Of a stretch of DNA of 64,000 nt, positions 35,670-49,255 are shown piece by piece. The stretch's first letter is position 1, and each line of letters starts with the position of its first letter. Origin of the DNA: Botryllus schlosseri (lineage: Eukaryota); contig CM119380.1 in assembly GCA_051294905.1 (NCBI GenBank), positions 3,348,001 through 3,412,000 on the forward strand, written 5' to 3'. The translations under genes were made by a program, and so were the position numbers. The notes beneath the pieces are model-generated. The model was given only the letters and a program-made list of their open reading frames with translations, searched no databases and was not told where the DNA came from.

Positions 35670-38600
35670 AGATAAATGATAAAAAAAAAAGAAAAACCAT
35701 CATCTCAATCACCTGATGAGCATAGACACAAAGCTGGCGCTCTCTATGAAGATGTACAAGATGCTTTTGTCTTTTGCATGAGATTCCTCAACGTTTGCGA
35801 AAGCTTTTTCGAGAAGTAATAGTACTGAAAAGCATATGATCATGAATGCACAGCAGGTCATAGTCAAGAGAGGACGGTGCTTCATAGCAGAACAAGTCCA
35901 GTGTCTTCATATTTTGAATACACTATGCCATAGATCCTGCATGACATGACAACACTCGGATGTTGTCTGTGACGCCTCAATAAATGGGTAGACAGCAAAT
36001 CGGTAGTTCCGATATAAAGGCACAACCAACACTTTACATTAGACATTCTACCAAACCATATCAAGTAATTGAAACAGGTCAACTGCAAAACAAGATGTAC
36101 ATTGTACAGCATAACTTCATCTGCCAGTGAGGTTTCATCACTAGGTCAACAAATATATATCTCCAGATGACATTATTAGACAGCATTAGCTCACATTTTT
36201 ATGGTGCATCAAGCTGCTAGATCGAAAATAGGTAATCTATATCTACTCATCTCGCTGGGCGCTGTGTGTGAAACTCGATAACATGAACATGACTTAATTT
36301 ACAGATAATGTTGAAAATTTACATAAACGAATTACCTTGCAGTAAATCAATGTGCTCCCTCTTGATTCCGTTTTGCACTAAATACATCTCCTTTTCCTCG
36401 CTATATGCTATTTAGATTCACGTAACTGAGACCGAAAGATTCGCGATATATCTCACTCACTCCGATCCTGCGTGGTATCGATCGATTGCGTGATACAGTC
36501 ACAGTCAGGTGACTCCGGTTACCGCTCTGATTGCGTCATACAGTCACGTGACTCAGTAAGTCATGCGTAAAGGAGAGACCAATGATATATATACAATGAT
36601 TGGAAACTACCGTGAGCTCTGCGTTTCAGCGTGTTCCTGGTCACGCTTCATCACATACACAGTTGTGCTGTAAATAAAGGCTTCCTCAGCAATACTTCTT
36701 TAAGGAACTAGCGATGATATATAATTCGTTGGGTATATTTATCAGTGGCAATAAGCGTTGACTTGTTGAATAGCTTTAAAAGCACATTTCTTTCTCGCGT
36801 CTGGCATTTTTCTTCTGATAATGCTAGCGGACCGCTGCCATATAAACGTTGATTCACGTACACGTACTTCGTACAGTCGTACACCTAGTTCACAAGATAA
36901 ATTTCGCGCGTCATGCGCGTATCTTAAATCCAATTCACACATTGACGACTCGCAATTATACGCAATCCCCGTGATGTAGCCTTGTGACGACCAACGAGGC
37001 TTATGTTCACACAGTCGCGGACGTTCAACCTTTGTTGCAAGTGACACAACCTTCTTCATTCCAACTTGAGGTGTCGCTTTTCCATCATGTTCCTACATCA
37101 ATAACATCATATATAATTAAATATCAAGCAGATGTAGTTTTTAAAAGGAGTAATTCTAGTTATTTTGAGTACTCGAGTAGGTTTGCCTACTTCCGCGGGT
37201 GATTGTGTTTTCATACTACTCACAAACAAAAACATCACAACTTGTTTTTTCCGGGGATATCTAGATCTCCTGAGTTTTGAAGGTTTTTGAAAATAGCACG
37301 CACATATTCAATAGCCATTTTGCGGCAGTCACTAAGCTTAACCCTGCAATTTCAAAAGTGACTATTTCAAACTGACTCCGAGCGAACAACCAAATCTAGT
37401 TTTAGAACTTTTTAAAAGTACTATACACATTTATATTTTCGCTACTTCTATTTGAACCTGAGTAAATCATTGTAGCAATACTTCAACTACTTCAGTAGCA
37501 ACGCTGCATACATCACCCACCTCTGAAAAAAAGTCACCTATCCATGATCATTCCACAAAATCTCGATGCCTTACAATACAGAATTGAATTTTCAGGATTC
37601 CATCATGTTATGTGAAGAAATGAGGAAGATACATACACTTCACAGATAGAACATTTACGAATACATAATTTAATCCTCAAATCCCTACTTCATGTGTATA
37701 TGACCGAAATAATGATGCAGGCATTTGAAAAAAGTAACAGTAATATGCAACTGTACAGAACTAGACCAATGCAAAAATTACCATGTGGACAACAAAAACA
37801 GTTTATGCGTGATTTGTTAAGCAATAACAGTGCTAGATATCAATTTTTGTCATCTTCCCAGCAAACACAAAACCGTAAAAGGATCATCCGGGATCATCTC
37901 GATTAGGTTCTGATTTTCTAAGTGTCGAGGGAATGTCTAAAATACGTAGTAGGATGGTCTTGTGGTTATATTCAATCAGAATAAATTCATACTCGGTGTT
38001 GTTCCATCTCATGCATTAGGCTTCGTTATATCCGGTAGTTAACCTAATAATGCAAATTTTCTATCTCTCGCGGGTACGACTAAAATACGTAGAAAGGATG
38101 ACTTTGTCGGTACATTCAATCACGATGAATTCTATCCGGTTTTGTTCGATCTCATGCGGTAGCTTCGTTCTATCCATTAGAAAACAATGTTCTCCCTTCG
38201 TTTTATTGCGTGAGGATGTCACCGGTGTTGTATATTCGTGTTGTTGCTCTATGGTCGAATAGTTTTGTTTTCCTCTGATATATATGATCTTCATTATATA
38301 TATATTCGCTCTTTCGGTAATCTCGCATGTTCAACGAGTATGGTAATAGTTTTATTCAGAGAATAACTAAATAAGTGATATGTTGTACGTTTAGGAATAT
38401 GATTATCGATGCGTGACTTCTATAATATTTCGGCGATTCAAATTTTACGTCATCGCGCCATACAAAGATTTGAAGCGCAACAGGTCGCAGCCAGGCATAG
38501 TTCGCTCTTTCTGTATGGTAAATGCCGTAAATATATAGGAATTGTGACTGACTGAGGTAGCGGGTTAAAGGTATATATGCAGTAGCATATAGCTTATGGG

Positions 38601-39358
38601 GTATTTCGAATTGCCTGTAGTATATGACGCCTAGAGCTGTTTGACTTTCTGCAAAACAGGTGTAGACAACTATAGAAAAGTTTCAGCTTTTCCAGGTTAG
38701 AATTAGAGCTAAACCGTTTTTCCGAATTAGATTACAATTATATTGCTGGCATTTCGCTCTAATTTAGTGAAATTAGACCACTATAATTCGCTTCAAACAT
38801 CTGAATTACCGGTACCTATACCTACGGTATATCATAATATTTATGCTTGAATTTTCTAGGTATATAAGTCATATAGATACATTCCTGTAGAACACTGATT
38901 CATGATTTTATAAAAGTTGGTGCAAGAATGGACATTTTCAACTTGATGTTGATTAATGGAGCAAAATTTGATATTTGAGTGCAATTATACCTCGAATCCA
39001 GTGACAAGATTATTAATCGTTGAAACCAAACGCAGCTTGATTATGTTGGCCCAGAGAATTTGGCTAGCCAGACCATATTGATGGAATATGGTCACAGTAA
39101 GATAATATTTTGGGCTATTTTACATGAACTTTCCAACATTTGATTTGATATGTCCACTAAAACAGTTGTTATTCTGCTTTCGAATAAGACCTTAATTGCT
39201 GGTTTCAATGGTAACTGTGTTTGTCGAAGGCTGCAAAGGTAATTTCTTTTCCTTGTTAGATGTTTATTTGTTTGTTTGTGGTGTTCATGGTGGTGGTTCG
39301 ACTACACTGGTCATTTTACACCAGGCCGGTTCTTATTATTATTATTCCGTATCTGCCC

Positions 39359-40248
39359 GATTACCAGTGAAATCGGCACTTAGTGAATTCGGCCGCACGA
39401 ACTCGGCACTTGGTGAATTCGGCCGTGGTAGATCTCGTAGCGGTACCGGTCACCATGATTGGTTACTGGAATGTTTGCCGGTGAACTTGGCACTTTGAGT
39501 GGTTGTCAATGTTGTACGGCGGTCAGGGCATGCGTAGATCACACAGTCACGGCGTGATTAGATCACAGATTGCGTAATTGCGGGAAATAACGCGACGCTC
39601 TTCACTTGGTGAACTCGGCCCTTGGAGGAATTGGCACTAGAACACCTTCGCATTAGAAATGCATTTAGTATGAATGAACAGTATAAAAAAGGAAATTTAA
39701 ACGTGTCGTGGCTCGTGGTAGATCTCGTAATCTTGGGATCCTTCAACCGTGTTATCGAGACACCCTAATCCCAGAGTGGAATCGTCTCTCCAAAGGCAAA
39801 AAATAATTTATTTTGACGTGATCATGCGAAACATTTGTTGATGAGGAACACTGGCTTGTCGTGATCGATAAACGAAGAAGCGCCGCTTGATGTTCCACAG
39901 TTTTGATCTCACATACAACGCCAAGATCCATCTTCTCAAAACTTACACGACACAGGCCCGTGACTCACGCCATCGATTCCAAGCAGACCGCGCGTGGTCG
40001 GTATATGAGCGCTGTGTTATTTCCCGTGGCTACGCAATCCGTGATCTAATCACGCCGTGACTGCGCGATCTACGAATGCCCTGACCTCCTTACAAGATTG
40101 ACGAATCACTTGATAATACTATTATTAGTTTGATAATTCATATTAATAGCTGTAAATAGACTTCATTTCAAAATTTCCCGAGAGCCGAATTCACCAAGTG
40201 CCGAGTTTGTGCGGCCGAATTCACCAAGTGCCGGGTGCATCGGCAACC
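39359..40248. mobile_element. Palindromic non-autonomous element with G-initiated ends and 8-bp TSD (superfamily unresolved)
   Basis: TSD ATCTGCCC on both sides; inverted CGGCACTTGGTGAATTCGGCC repeats and an inner inverted block at 39525-39580 / 40030-40085. Confidence 0.85.
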
Positions 40249-40870
40249 ATCTGCCCACTTACAGCACGGCCCACTCCTAGGCTTTTTAAGACATGGCTAT
40301 GCGAATCAGATGGCGAAGAGGAGCCTAGATAAACGGCCAACACTTCGGTAGGAATTATGGAGTCGACGTGTCACGCTCGAACCCGCAATTCATTGGTGTT
40401 TAGCTATAATGGAACGTACCACTACGTTTCCTCGCCATACCTTGTAAAATGAGACCGTAGCATTTGGCATTTCGTGTGGCAATTGACTTTTGTGTGGAAA
40501 ATTGTGTTCGTTTTAGAACTTATCCGAAACTTTTATTCCGCCATAGATTGTATATGATAAAACAATATCGGAATTGATCCTAGAAGAATTCCAAAGCAAC
40601 TCACCACAAAGGAGGATTTAAAGAAGTTTGATGGAAAATTGAATGAAAGCAAAAGCCTTTGCAAGAGATGTGGTATGTTGAATCTGTTTTGGTATTTTTA
40701 AATAGGCCTACTTTGTTGTGCCGATAGCAGACAGTATATATAAACGTAAGATGTGGAAGCTATCAAGGTGTTTTTAGAAATTCAGTCAGTCAAAGTGGAC
40801 GATCGTATTGCTTGGATTATATTTAGGCTTATTTTAGCATCTTTGAGATGCAACTCTAAACGTGGACGGT

Positions 40871-41554
40871 CATGAACAGTAGGGCTCTTCAAAAATGACT
40901 TTTTTTCTCTAATCGTACTGGCTACTTGATAAAATTGTTAGGTTACCTAATTTAAGCCTACAAACAAAATATGGTTCAAATCCAGCCAGTATCCGCTTTG
41001 CTACAAGAGTAGAAAGTTCCTATTTATTATATAAAAATGAATAATAAAAAATTTGAAGATTTTCTGTTAACCCCATGAAAGTGTTAGGCTGTCTATAGAA
41101 ACGATGCTCACCAAATTTGGTTCAATTCCAACCAGTGGAAGCGGAGTTATTGCTGTCGAAAAATTTGGATTTTAATAAAATAGTACTTACGGTGAGCACA
41201 ACTTTAATAAGTAAACAAAGAATCGGTCACCGTAAATACTATTTTATTCAAATCCAAATTTTTCGACGGCAATATCTCCGCTTCCACTGGTTGGAATTGA
41301 ACCAAATTTGGTGAGCATCGTTTCTATAGACAGCCTAACACTTTCATGGGGTGAACAGAAAATTTTCAAATTTTTATTACCTATTTATTTTTATATAATA
41401 AATAGAAACTTTCTTCTCCTGTAGCAAAGCGGTTACTGGCTGGAATTGAACCAAATTTTGTGTTTAGGCTTAAATTAGGTAACCTAACAATATTATCAAG
41501 TAGCCAGAACGATTTGAGAAAAAAAGTCATATTTTAAGAGCCCTAATGTCCATG
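40871..41554. mobile_element. ~680-bp near-complete palindrome (foldback MITE)
   Basis: Arms mirror from CATG(A/G)ACA(G/T)TAGGGCTCTT inward to a short spacer near 41180-41235. Confidence 0.88.
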
Positions 41555-43399
41555 TGAGAGAAACGTTTTAGGGTAGGCCTACTCATATGTCTCGCAGCGT
41601 TCTCTACATAATTGTCAATTGCGATACAAACTGTTTGCTTGTATTGCTAAAGCCATCCAACTTCGAATTGTAAAATGTTGGGAGTCTTGATATCAAATTT
41701 TTGAAAGGTGCACTTTGAGAAGATTTCGGAATCTGTCAAATTATACAAAAATTTAGCAAATTCTTTGACATATTTCATCTATTTGGGACTCGATCAACGT
41801 AAAAGAATTGGTAATCATTTTATACAATGTATTGTATTTGTAGTTGAAGTATAGTAATAATTCTTATGGTTACCGCACTTGTAACGATTCACGGCCATAA
41901 CTGGAATAATTAGAATGATGTAACTTTCAAATTGTCATGCATTTTGCAACAACATTGTTCTCAATTTTCAAGGTGCTGACCATTCGAGGAAGAATCACCC
42001 ACCGGGAATTCACGATCCGTAAACGCGGCCGACTGTTTCTCTCCTCAAGCGGAAGCGACAGAGAAGAGGAACGAAGAGAAAAAAGGAGCAGAAATAGCAA
42101 GAGTGTGACAAGTCGCGTCCGTTCGCTTTAATGCGTATTTCCATCCGCGAAGTAGTAGGTGGGAAAACTAATGGGCGTTTGGTTAGGGCTTATATAAGGT
42201 TGACTCCAGCGCTGTATTTGCTAAATGTTGCTATGAAATAGGGGTGGTGTCATTTGGTATCAATATTGACTATTGAAAGACCATTTGTTAGTGGTCATGG
42301 ATTTGTTCGGCCAGTATGCAGTAATTTCTGATGGTCACTTCCCGGGCTTCTGTTCTCTAACCCCTCATGATTGTTATTCTGCTTCTAGTAAGACTGTCGA
42401 TTCTAATGTTTTATCGTATCATTTGTCGGAGGTTTCGCTCGCTTTATTTACAACGTTTTGCTCTCTGCTAGGTCAATTACTGGCTGAGTATCACTACAGC
42501 CTAAGAAACTGCACCAATTCTCATTTTAATGTCTTGCTGGTTATCTTGCTGTCAATTCTAATAATTTATTAATGTCTATACCAGTGCCGCCACTCGAATG
42601 TTTTGTTCTCTGTACACAATATTGTTAGGTCTTCAGCTTTCCAGGCAGAGTATCATTCCACTTTCTAGACTTGAGTATATATCTCTCCAACTAGCTGCCA
42701 AATAACTGATTCATTTGGATTGTTGAATTGATCATTTTGGACAGAATGTGAAGAAATTTTAGTCAAGAGTTCTTTTTGTGTTAGTGGCTGTTTTCAAAGA
42801 GTGCTGAAGTAGTCATCGTTGATCTTGATCTTGATCAAGTAGAAGTGACGATTGAAGTCAGTTCTCTAGTCATATAATATTAAAAAATATAATAATAAAA
42901 CTTGAGTGGAAATAGTTCAGAATCGAATCCATTTTAGTAAGTATGGGTGAAAAAAATGTAGGAGTCATTCGTTAGTCGCTACCTCTGCCATTTTCGCAGT
43001 ACGAATGTCTTAGCTATTAATCATCATTTTCATTTTATTTCTGCAGGGTGTTGAAAAAAAAAGGCTGCATGCTGGTTATTTACCTGGCTCATCAGAAGAT
43101 GAAACCTGATGATAAGGACTGTTTTCACTTTCTTTCTAAAGACATTTGTTCGTTTGTTCGTTTTATTTTTTACAACGGCATTATTGCCAATTCGTTTGAA
43201 ATTAAATTATCACAAATGTGATTAATATGTAGTAAATAATGTGGTGTGTGTACGCAGCCGTGATCAGGTTAAGCCCATAGTGGTAGAAAACAGGTTATTA
43301 TATCAGGATCTTCTTCTAACGTAGGATCTACATTCTACTCACCATGTTTAAAGGCTGTAGCATCTGCATAATATTTACATTATTGAAGGACATGGAAAA

Positions 43400-45200
43400 G
43401 ACGTTGAATTGAGTCGACACAAAATCCCCCTTTCTACGACCTGCCGAGATCTAATATCTACTATATCGGCTCGGCTTTTCTACATCTTTGGTCTGTACTG
43501 TGTTTGCTGGGTTCAACTTGGGAAAAGTATTTGGATGATGTCCTTAATAATGCAGCAGTACACTCGCTTTCGTTGGCTCAAGAATGGCCAAATACGACCC
43601 GAACGATGCCGTATCTACTCTTGATGAAATCTGCCTTGTTTAGCTGTTTGTCCATCTTTGCTTGCTCTTGCCCGAATCATTGGTAGGATGGGGAACATTC
43701 TTTTTCCGTAATTTTATATGATATCAAGGTGTCACCAAATTCATTAATATCTGTAGTGCAGCATAAGGATTCGGCTATTTGACCGTACCTGTCCATGGTT
43801 ATGCATAAATGGTTATCGAGACTCAAGAATTTTTTGGTTTTCTAAGTTGCTGTTCCTTCAGCACAAGAATCTATCCATTTTCGCATTTTAGGCAAGAAAT
43901 CAATTTCCAGCCAGTCCAAGCGTGAATCGTCTGGACTGCAATATGGCTTCAAGTCGGCGTTGTAGCTGAACTTGGTTGATGTATTCATAATGTCGAACCA
44001 CTTGTAAATACCTGCAAACCATGCAGAAGCTTCTTTACCGTCACCTCTCCTGCTCGCATAATATGCGCAACACTATTAGACAGAAGCTGAGCTGCAAAAA
44101 TCTCCCGCATCTTTGCCAAGCTTTGCATACGAAAATGTGCATACGTCAATTTACCGCATCTCAATTCCGTCAGTTCAAACAACCGTAAAATGCCGCCATC
44201 GAATATATTTACCATCCTTGTTGAGAAGTTTCGTACCACCAGTGCGGCTGGCGTAGAGGTTGTTGCGTACGCTCTTGGAACATCTTGGGATTTGCACTGA
44301 GTCCATCAGCAACAAACGCAGCTACCCGAAATCCACAATCCACCAAGATGCCGACACATTTCCAGAATATAGGCCTACTCGAAAGTCGAAATGAAGCCAC
44401 CGACTTTGTTGCGCAGTATGCCAAGGGTTTGGAAACAGACGTTACCAGGCCACTGGCATAAACTTGAAGAGCGTGTGTAGCTGGTTCATCATTATCTACA
44501 TTCTACAGGTCTCGACTCCCCAAGATCAACGAATCCTACCATTCCGTCTTTCGTTGTACTGAATACAATATTCTCTTTCACTGAAAATGCAAAAAATCAG
44601 AAGTAGTTAGACACATGAAACATCACCGTGAACAGCATTGCTGAAATATTCGCGATGAAGTTTTCGATACAGCTATAAAGTCATGAGAACACAATCTAGC
44701 CAATTTACAGGCAAATTCAAGGTTGGAATTGCTCCAATTTGCAAATTGATCGATTTGTGTCCTATACGCAAGAGCAAATGCATTAGACATTAAAAGGAAA
44801 CTCGTTTCACCAGCTTACCAGTCAACTACCATGGGAATCAAAATATATAGTCAAGGTAGCCCACCACTCTGTAGTGCTTATGCAATGATGAAGAGTAGGC
44901 TACAGTATAGAATCATTTCCTCACCTTTCAACAAATCAGATGACGCGAATGAAGTTCGCAAATCTTTAAATCGTCTTTTTTTGTACAATTGATCCAGCCA
45001 CGATCTTGACGCATGCTCCTTATAAATTTCTCAAGGCATTCCGCCGATTCATATTTGGCGCCAGTGCAAAAACGTTTTGCTGGAACTTTAAACAAATGCG
45101 CATTGGCAGAGGTTTTAGCACACCCTGGTATGCGACACTATCTCACATCTGACGCAACCAACTATTCATCAATTAACTATTAGTGAGAAAAAAGAGTTAT
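43400..45200 (-). pseudogene. THAP plus P-element transposase remnant
   Basis: CRIPGC..HLFKVP..KICELH; VKENIVF..GMVGFVDLG; FWKCVGILVDCGFRVAAFVADGLSAN; HFRMQSLAKMR..AAQLLSNSVA; KWFDIMN. Confidence 0.87.
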
Positions 45201-46915
45201 AAATATTATAGTAGCCTTCAATAAAATTGCTTTCTGTTAAATGGGTCTCATCGAATTTTCAGGTTGGCCACCCACCCGCAATAAGATTAATCACAAAAGC
45301 ATCTTAATCAGTTTCACTTTCAAGATATCAGATGGCGTAATTGATGCTTACAAATGTTCGAATCTCAATCTGTCCTAATTTTCCAAGCTTTTTTACGCTC
45401 ATCCACGGGTGCAGAAACCTAAGCAGCTAGTCATTACCTGAATATTGCGCATTGACGGAAGTTTGATTAGACCTCAGTATGCAGTACTGTCTGACTATGC
45501 TCGCAAAACCTGTTAACAATCAACCACCAAACGAAAAAACAGTGGAATAACTGCCAGCAAAGGTGATAGCAGTACTCCACCACGGTCAACATTACTCAAT
45601 GAAGTGTATGCAGTCAACCTTATCCGCGCACACGCTGATTTCGGCGGGAGTAAACCTTACAGCGTAAGGGGGCGTGGCAGTTTCCAATCATTGTATATAT
45701 ATCATTGGGAGAGACAGAGTCCATTTTTCATTTCATCAATAATAAAATACAACGCGTACTACAAATAACTGAATGATTGCTATACTGTTGTTCGATGGCA
45801 ATGACAGCGGTGCCGGATACAAGTAAAATGTTCAGCGTCGCGGTGTTTCATTTGTATTACAAATTTCTTCAGTAAGTTCGGTAGGAAAATAATACGACCA
45901 CCTTTTTATTTCATCGCAATCTTTTGGAATGTTGATCTGATAATTTGTTTATAATAAACTGGAATGAGAAACAATCGATTAACTATAAGCACATTCAAGA
46001 AAGTAACACTAACATCAAGGAGTAACGTGAGTATCGTAGGTATGTAAAGTCAGATCAGAGCAAACCTCAAGAAAGCGAGTCGTCAGTCAAGTATTGGTAC
46101 AACACGACCATAAATAATATCTGATCACCTACCTATTTGCTTCAAGCCCGGCACCACCGTCGGTTACAACCTTGGTTAGTTGTATCAGTAATAATATTAC
46201 TAATTAAACACTGCAGCCTGATGAAAAAGCTATAGCTTAGGGTCAATAACCATACCGATCAAATCATATTTTGCAAGGCTTTTCGAATTCCTTCCCAATT
46301 GATATCCGGTATGAATGTTTGACACCGCATAAAATTCGTTCGGAATGACTACTGATATACATGTGAGCTCATAGACACATCATAAGAGCATGAACCCACA
46401 TCTTATAACATTCCTTGATGATGTGTGGACGTGCACACAACATGGCGGATTCTCGATGTCAGATCTCAGCCAATAATATGTGTCAGCCAAATATTGTATA
46501 TACCTATGCGCAATGTTGTGTGTCATTCAGCGCTGTGAATTTACAGTGTATTAAACAAAGGATTTTCCAAATAACAACTAGCCTACATACTGTCCCATAA
46601 ATCTGTTCGAAAGTTATAACTCAATTCAAAAATGCAACAAGTTGCGCGTACTTATCAACGTTACATAGTTTCATACATTTCTGTAATTCAATTTAGGGTA
46701 AATTTTCAATGGTTCACCATTACCCACATTGGTTCTGAAGTTGTACCGGCCCATGAGGTCAAAAAGTTGAAAACAACCTAGCTGAATAATCGGCTAATAA
46801 TAACCTAGATATTTTGCAAGTTCTGGTATAGCATAACAACAATAGGAAGATCCTATATATTATGAATAAAATACCTCTTCATGGGCATTTTGGATGATTG
46901 GGGTCTGCAGATTTG

Positions 46916-47490
46916 CTAAGCATGAAGCACACTGGAAGATCTTGCTGGATAGGTGTCGATAATGGTGTGGAATGAATTCCAAGATAAGAAAAACTTCATT
47001 TCGCTGTATCGCCCTTTCAACATGAAAACAGTCTCGCGATAACTCTTTGTTGGCTTGAAAATGATGGATGGTTCACAGTAAACTCCTGAAAGAAGTATGC
47101 TGTTAATTGCAAACCCCTTGTCAGCTAAAATCAAGTCCCCAGGTTCCAATAAGTCAAGGATTCCACTGTCTTTTATAATGGCCTTATCTGATGTGGAGCC
47201 TGCATAAAGTTCTGACACAAACGTTATCGTTCCATTAGGTACGACTCCGACTAATGTTTTCAGTGTTACCTTTTTTGTAGTGGCTAAACGTTTGGCAATT
47301 TTTTCCAAGATCATCGGATTTGGCTGTTCGTACTTCGGTACAATCTAAAATTACTCTGCAGTTGGGAAAACACGGAAACACTCTGGAGCACTAATCTGGC
47401 ATTTGAGCAATGACGGAAACTTTTGACCATCATATACCTGTGTGGAAAATGGCATGCATGACCTCAATCAAACTTGGAAAAACATTGGTA
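46916..47490 (-). pseudogene. ISL2EU/Harbinger-related (DDE_Tnp_4) transposase remnant
   Basis: FPNCRVILDCTEV, KTLVGVVPNGTITFVSELYAGSTSDKAI..SGILDLLEPGDLILADKGF. Confidence 0.9.
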
Positions 47491-47503
47491 ACAGTCCCTG
47501 TAC

Positions 47504-47690
47504 CAGGGTTGTAACCAAGTCACATGGTTCCGACTCACGAGTCAATCTTACTTTTGTGGTTTTGACTCGAGTCAAGTCGAGTCATTTTCAATTCAACTCC
47601 GAGTAGAGTCCGAGTCCAAGTCACCGTTTACCGGGTCAAGTCCGAGTCATAGTGTTATGACTCGAGTCCAAGTCACAGTATTGAAGTCAT
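47504..47690. mobile_element. Left part of a GACTCGAGTC-family hAT MITE (right end not found)
   Basis: CAGGGTTGTAACCAAGTCAC terminus and subterminal repeats shared with 54546. Confidence 0.7.
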
Positions 47691-49255
47691 GTTCATCCAA
47701 TGTTTTTAATCCTGTTTGGGTGATATCGAATTCCTTGCTTGCCTAACCTGCTTATTTTGTCCCTACCAGAGTTTTGGCACATGTTTATTTAGGTATATTA
47801 CGGACAGTTCCTGGCCTCATTTACCGATGCTACAGATAGACGAGACAGGCCGCCAATATGATAACTTTACTAATCTTAGAACTTAAAATCAAATATATGT
47901 CTTGTCAGTCTGATACATCACAAATACAAGCATTCAGTTTTTGTTACGACCACATCGACGACAACTCACAAATAGCTGATTGAGAACCAACGAATTCAAG
48001 TCTACATACTTTCTGATAGAGAACCTACGAATTCACGTCGACAAATAAGAGATAGAGAATCAACAGATGCATGTTTATGTAGGGGTATTTTCACCAGGCC
48101 AGCATGCTGTAAAAGCGTGCATGTAGCTATGTGCAGTGACAAAAAACAGATACCTTTTGATATTACTAAAGGTTTCCCAGTTGCATTACAGACTACACCG
48201 TAGTTACAGCATTGGAGAAATAATTGGGGCTGTTAAAAACATTTTTTTCCAATTTTCCGGCTACTCGGAATAGTTAGATTGCCTAAAAATACTTAAATTT
48301 GTCTCAATTCCGACCGGTAGAAAGTAATGCTCTGAGAGAAAATTTTGTATTAATCACGAATAGAGATTTTCGAATTTTACTGGCTACCTCATGATATTGT
48401 TAGATGTAAAAATATGATTCATAGCAAATTTGGCTCTATTACAACAAGAAGAAGCGAAGTTTTCAGAATAGGTTATTTTGGATATGAAAAAATAGTCGGC
48501 TTACCACTAGTATGTAATTCTATTATATGAAAGAATTTCTCACTAAAAATACTCCATTAATTTTCAAATCCAAAATTTTCTCTTCTCATATCATTGATTC
48601 TACTTTTTGAAATTTAACCAGATTCAGTGTTCTTTTAATGCAGCATTAAAATTTTATCAAGTAGCCTAGCCATAAAGTAAAATAAAAAAGAAGTTATTTT
48701 TGAACAGCCCTACCGCACAAAAATCACACAAGATTAGCCATGCATTATTACTCACGTGTACAATGCACATACCTAATAAAACGTCAAATGGACGGAGGGT
48801 ATTGTGTGTTTTCACAGACGGCAGATCAAATCAATGGTGAGTAGGGCGATTTTTTTGACATGTCAAAAAAAGTCAAAATTTGGTCAAAATTGTAGCGTTA
48901 GGTCAAAAAATGTCAAAATTGTTTAAAAAGTTGAAACTTTATTGCAACCTGCATTTCGTGTGTATCGCAGATTTGGCACTGTCGGTGAACTTGGGTGGGT
49001 CCATTGCGTGGGCAATTCCGATATCGCGACAGATAAAGAGATGCTAATGCCCTACCTATATCTTTATACCCCTGACGACGTAAGGTGCTAAGTAGCTTTG
49101 GAATGAGTCACTATCCATTTTACTATATTCATTCCCTCTGCTTATATTGTGTTTTCACGAATTTATATATGTTTTGTTTTATATTTACGCACATAAAATA
49201 TCTGTTTGCAACGTCCCACACTTTCATATTTAAATTCTGTACCACATGTAACCTA

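Larger units (their letters stand above)
37857..43511. mobile_element. CMC/EnSpm-type non-autonomous element
   Basis: TIR CCCAGCAAACACA / TGTGTTTGCTGGG; 2-bp TSD TT; no transposase recognised inside. Confidence 0.75.
36580..45707 (-). mobile_element. P-element-like transposon with nested insertions
   Basis: 29-bp perfect TIR CAATGATATATATACAATGATTGGAAACT; perfect 8-bp TSD GGAGAGAC. Confidence 0.95.

Noticed and set aside
35882-36112. C2H2-like motif (CWLC...HLLRRH) as an EnSpm transposase N-terminus
   Set aside because: Single short motif with no supporting catalytic region or termini.
42240-42330. LLHTGRTNP (minus strand) as a CR1/L2 reverse-transcriptase C-terminal motif
   Set aside because: No adjacent RT motifs recognisable.
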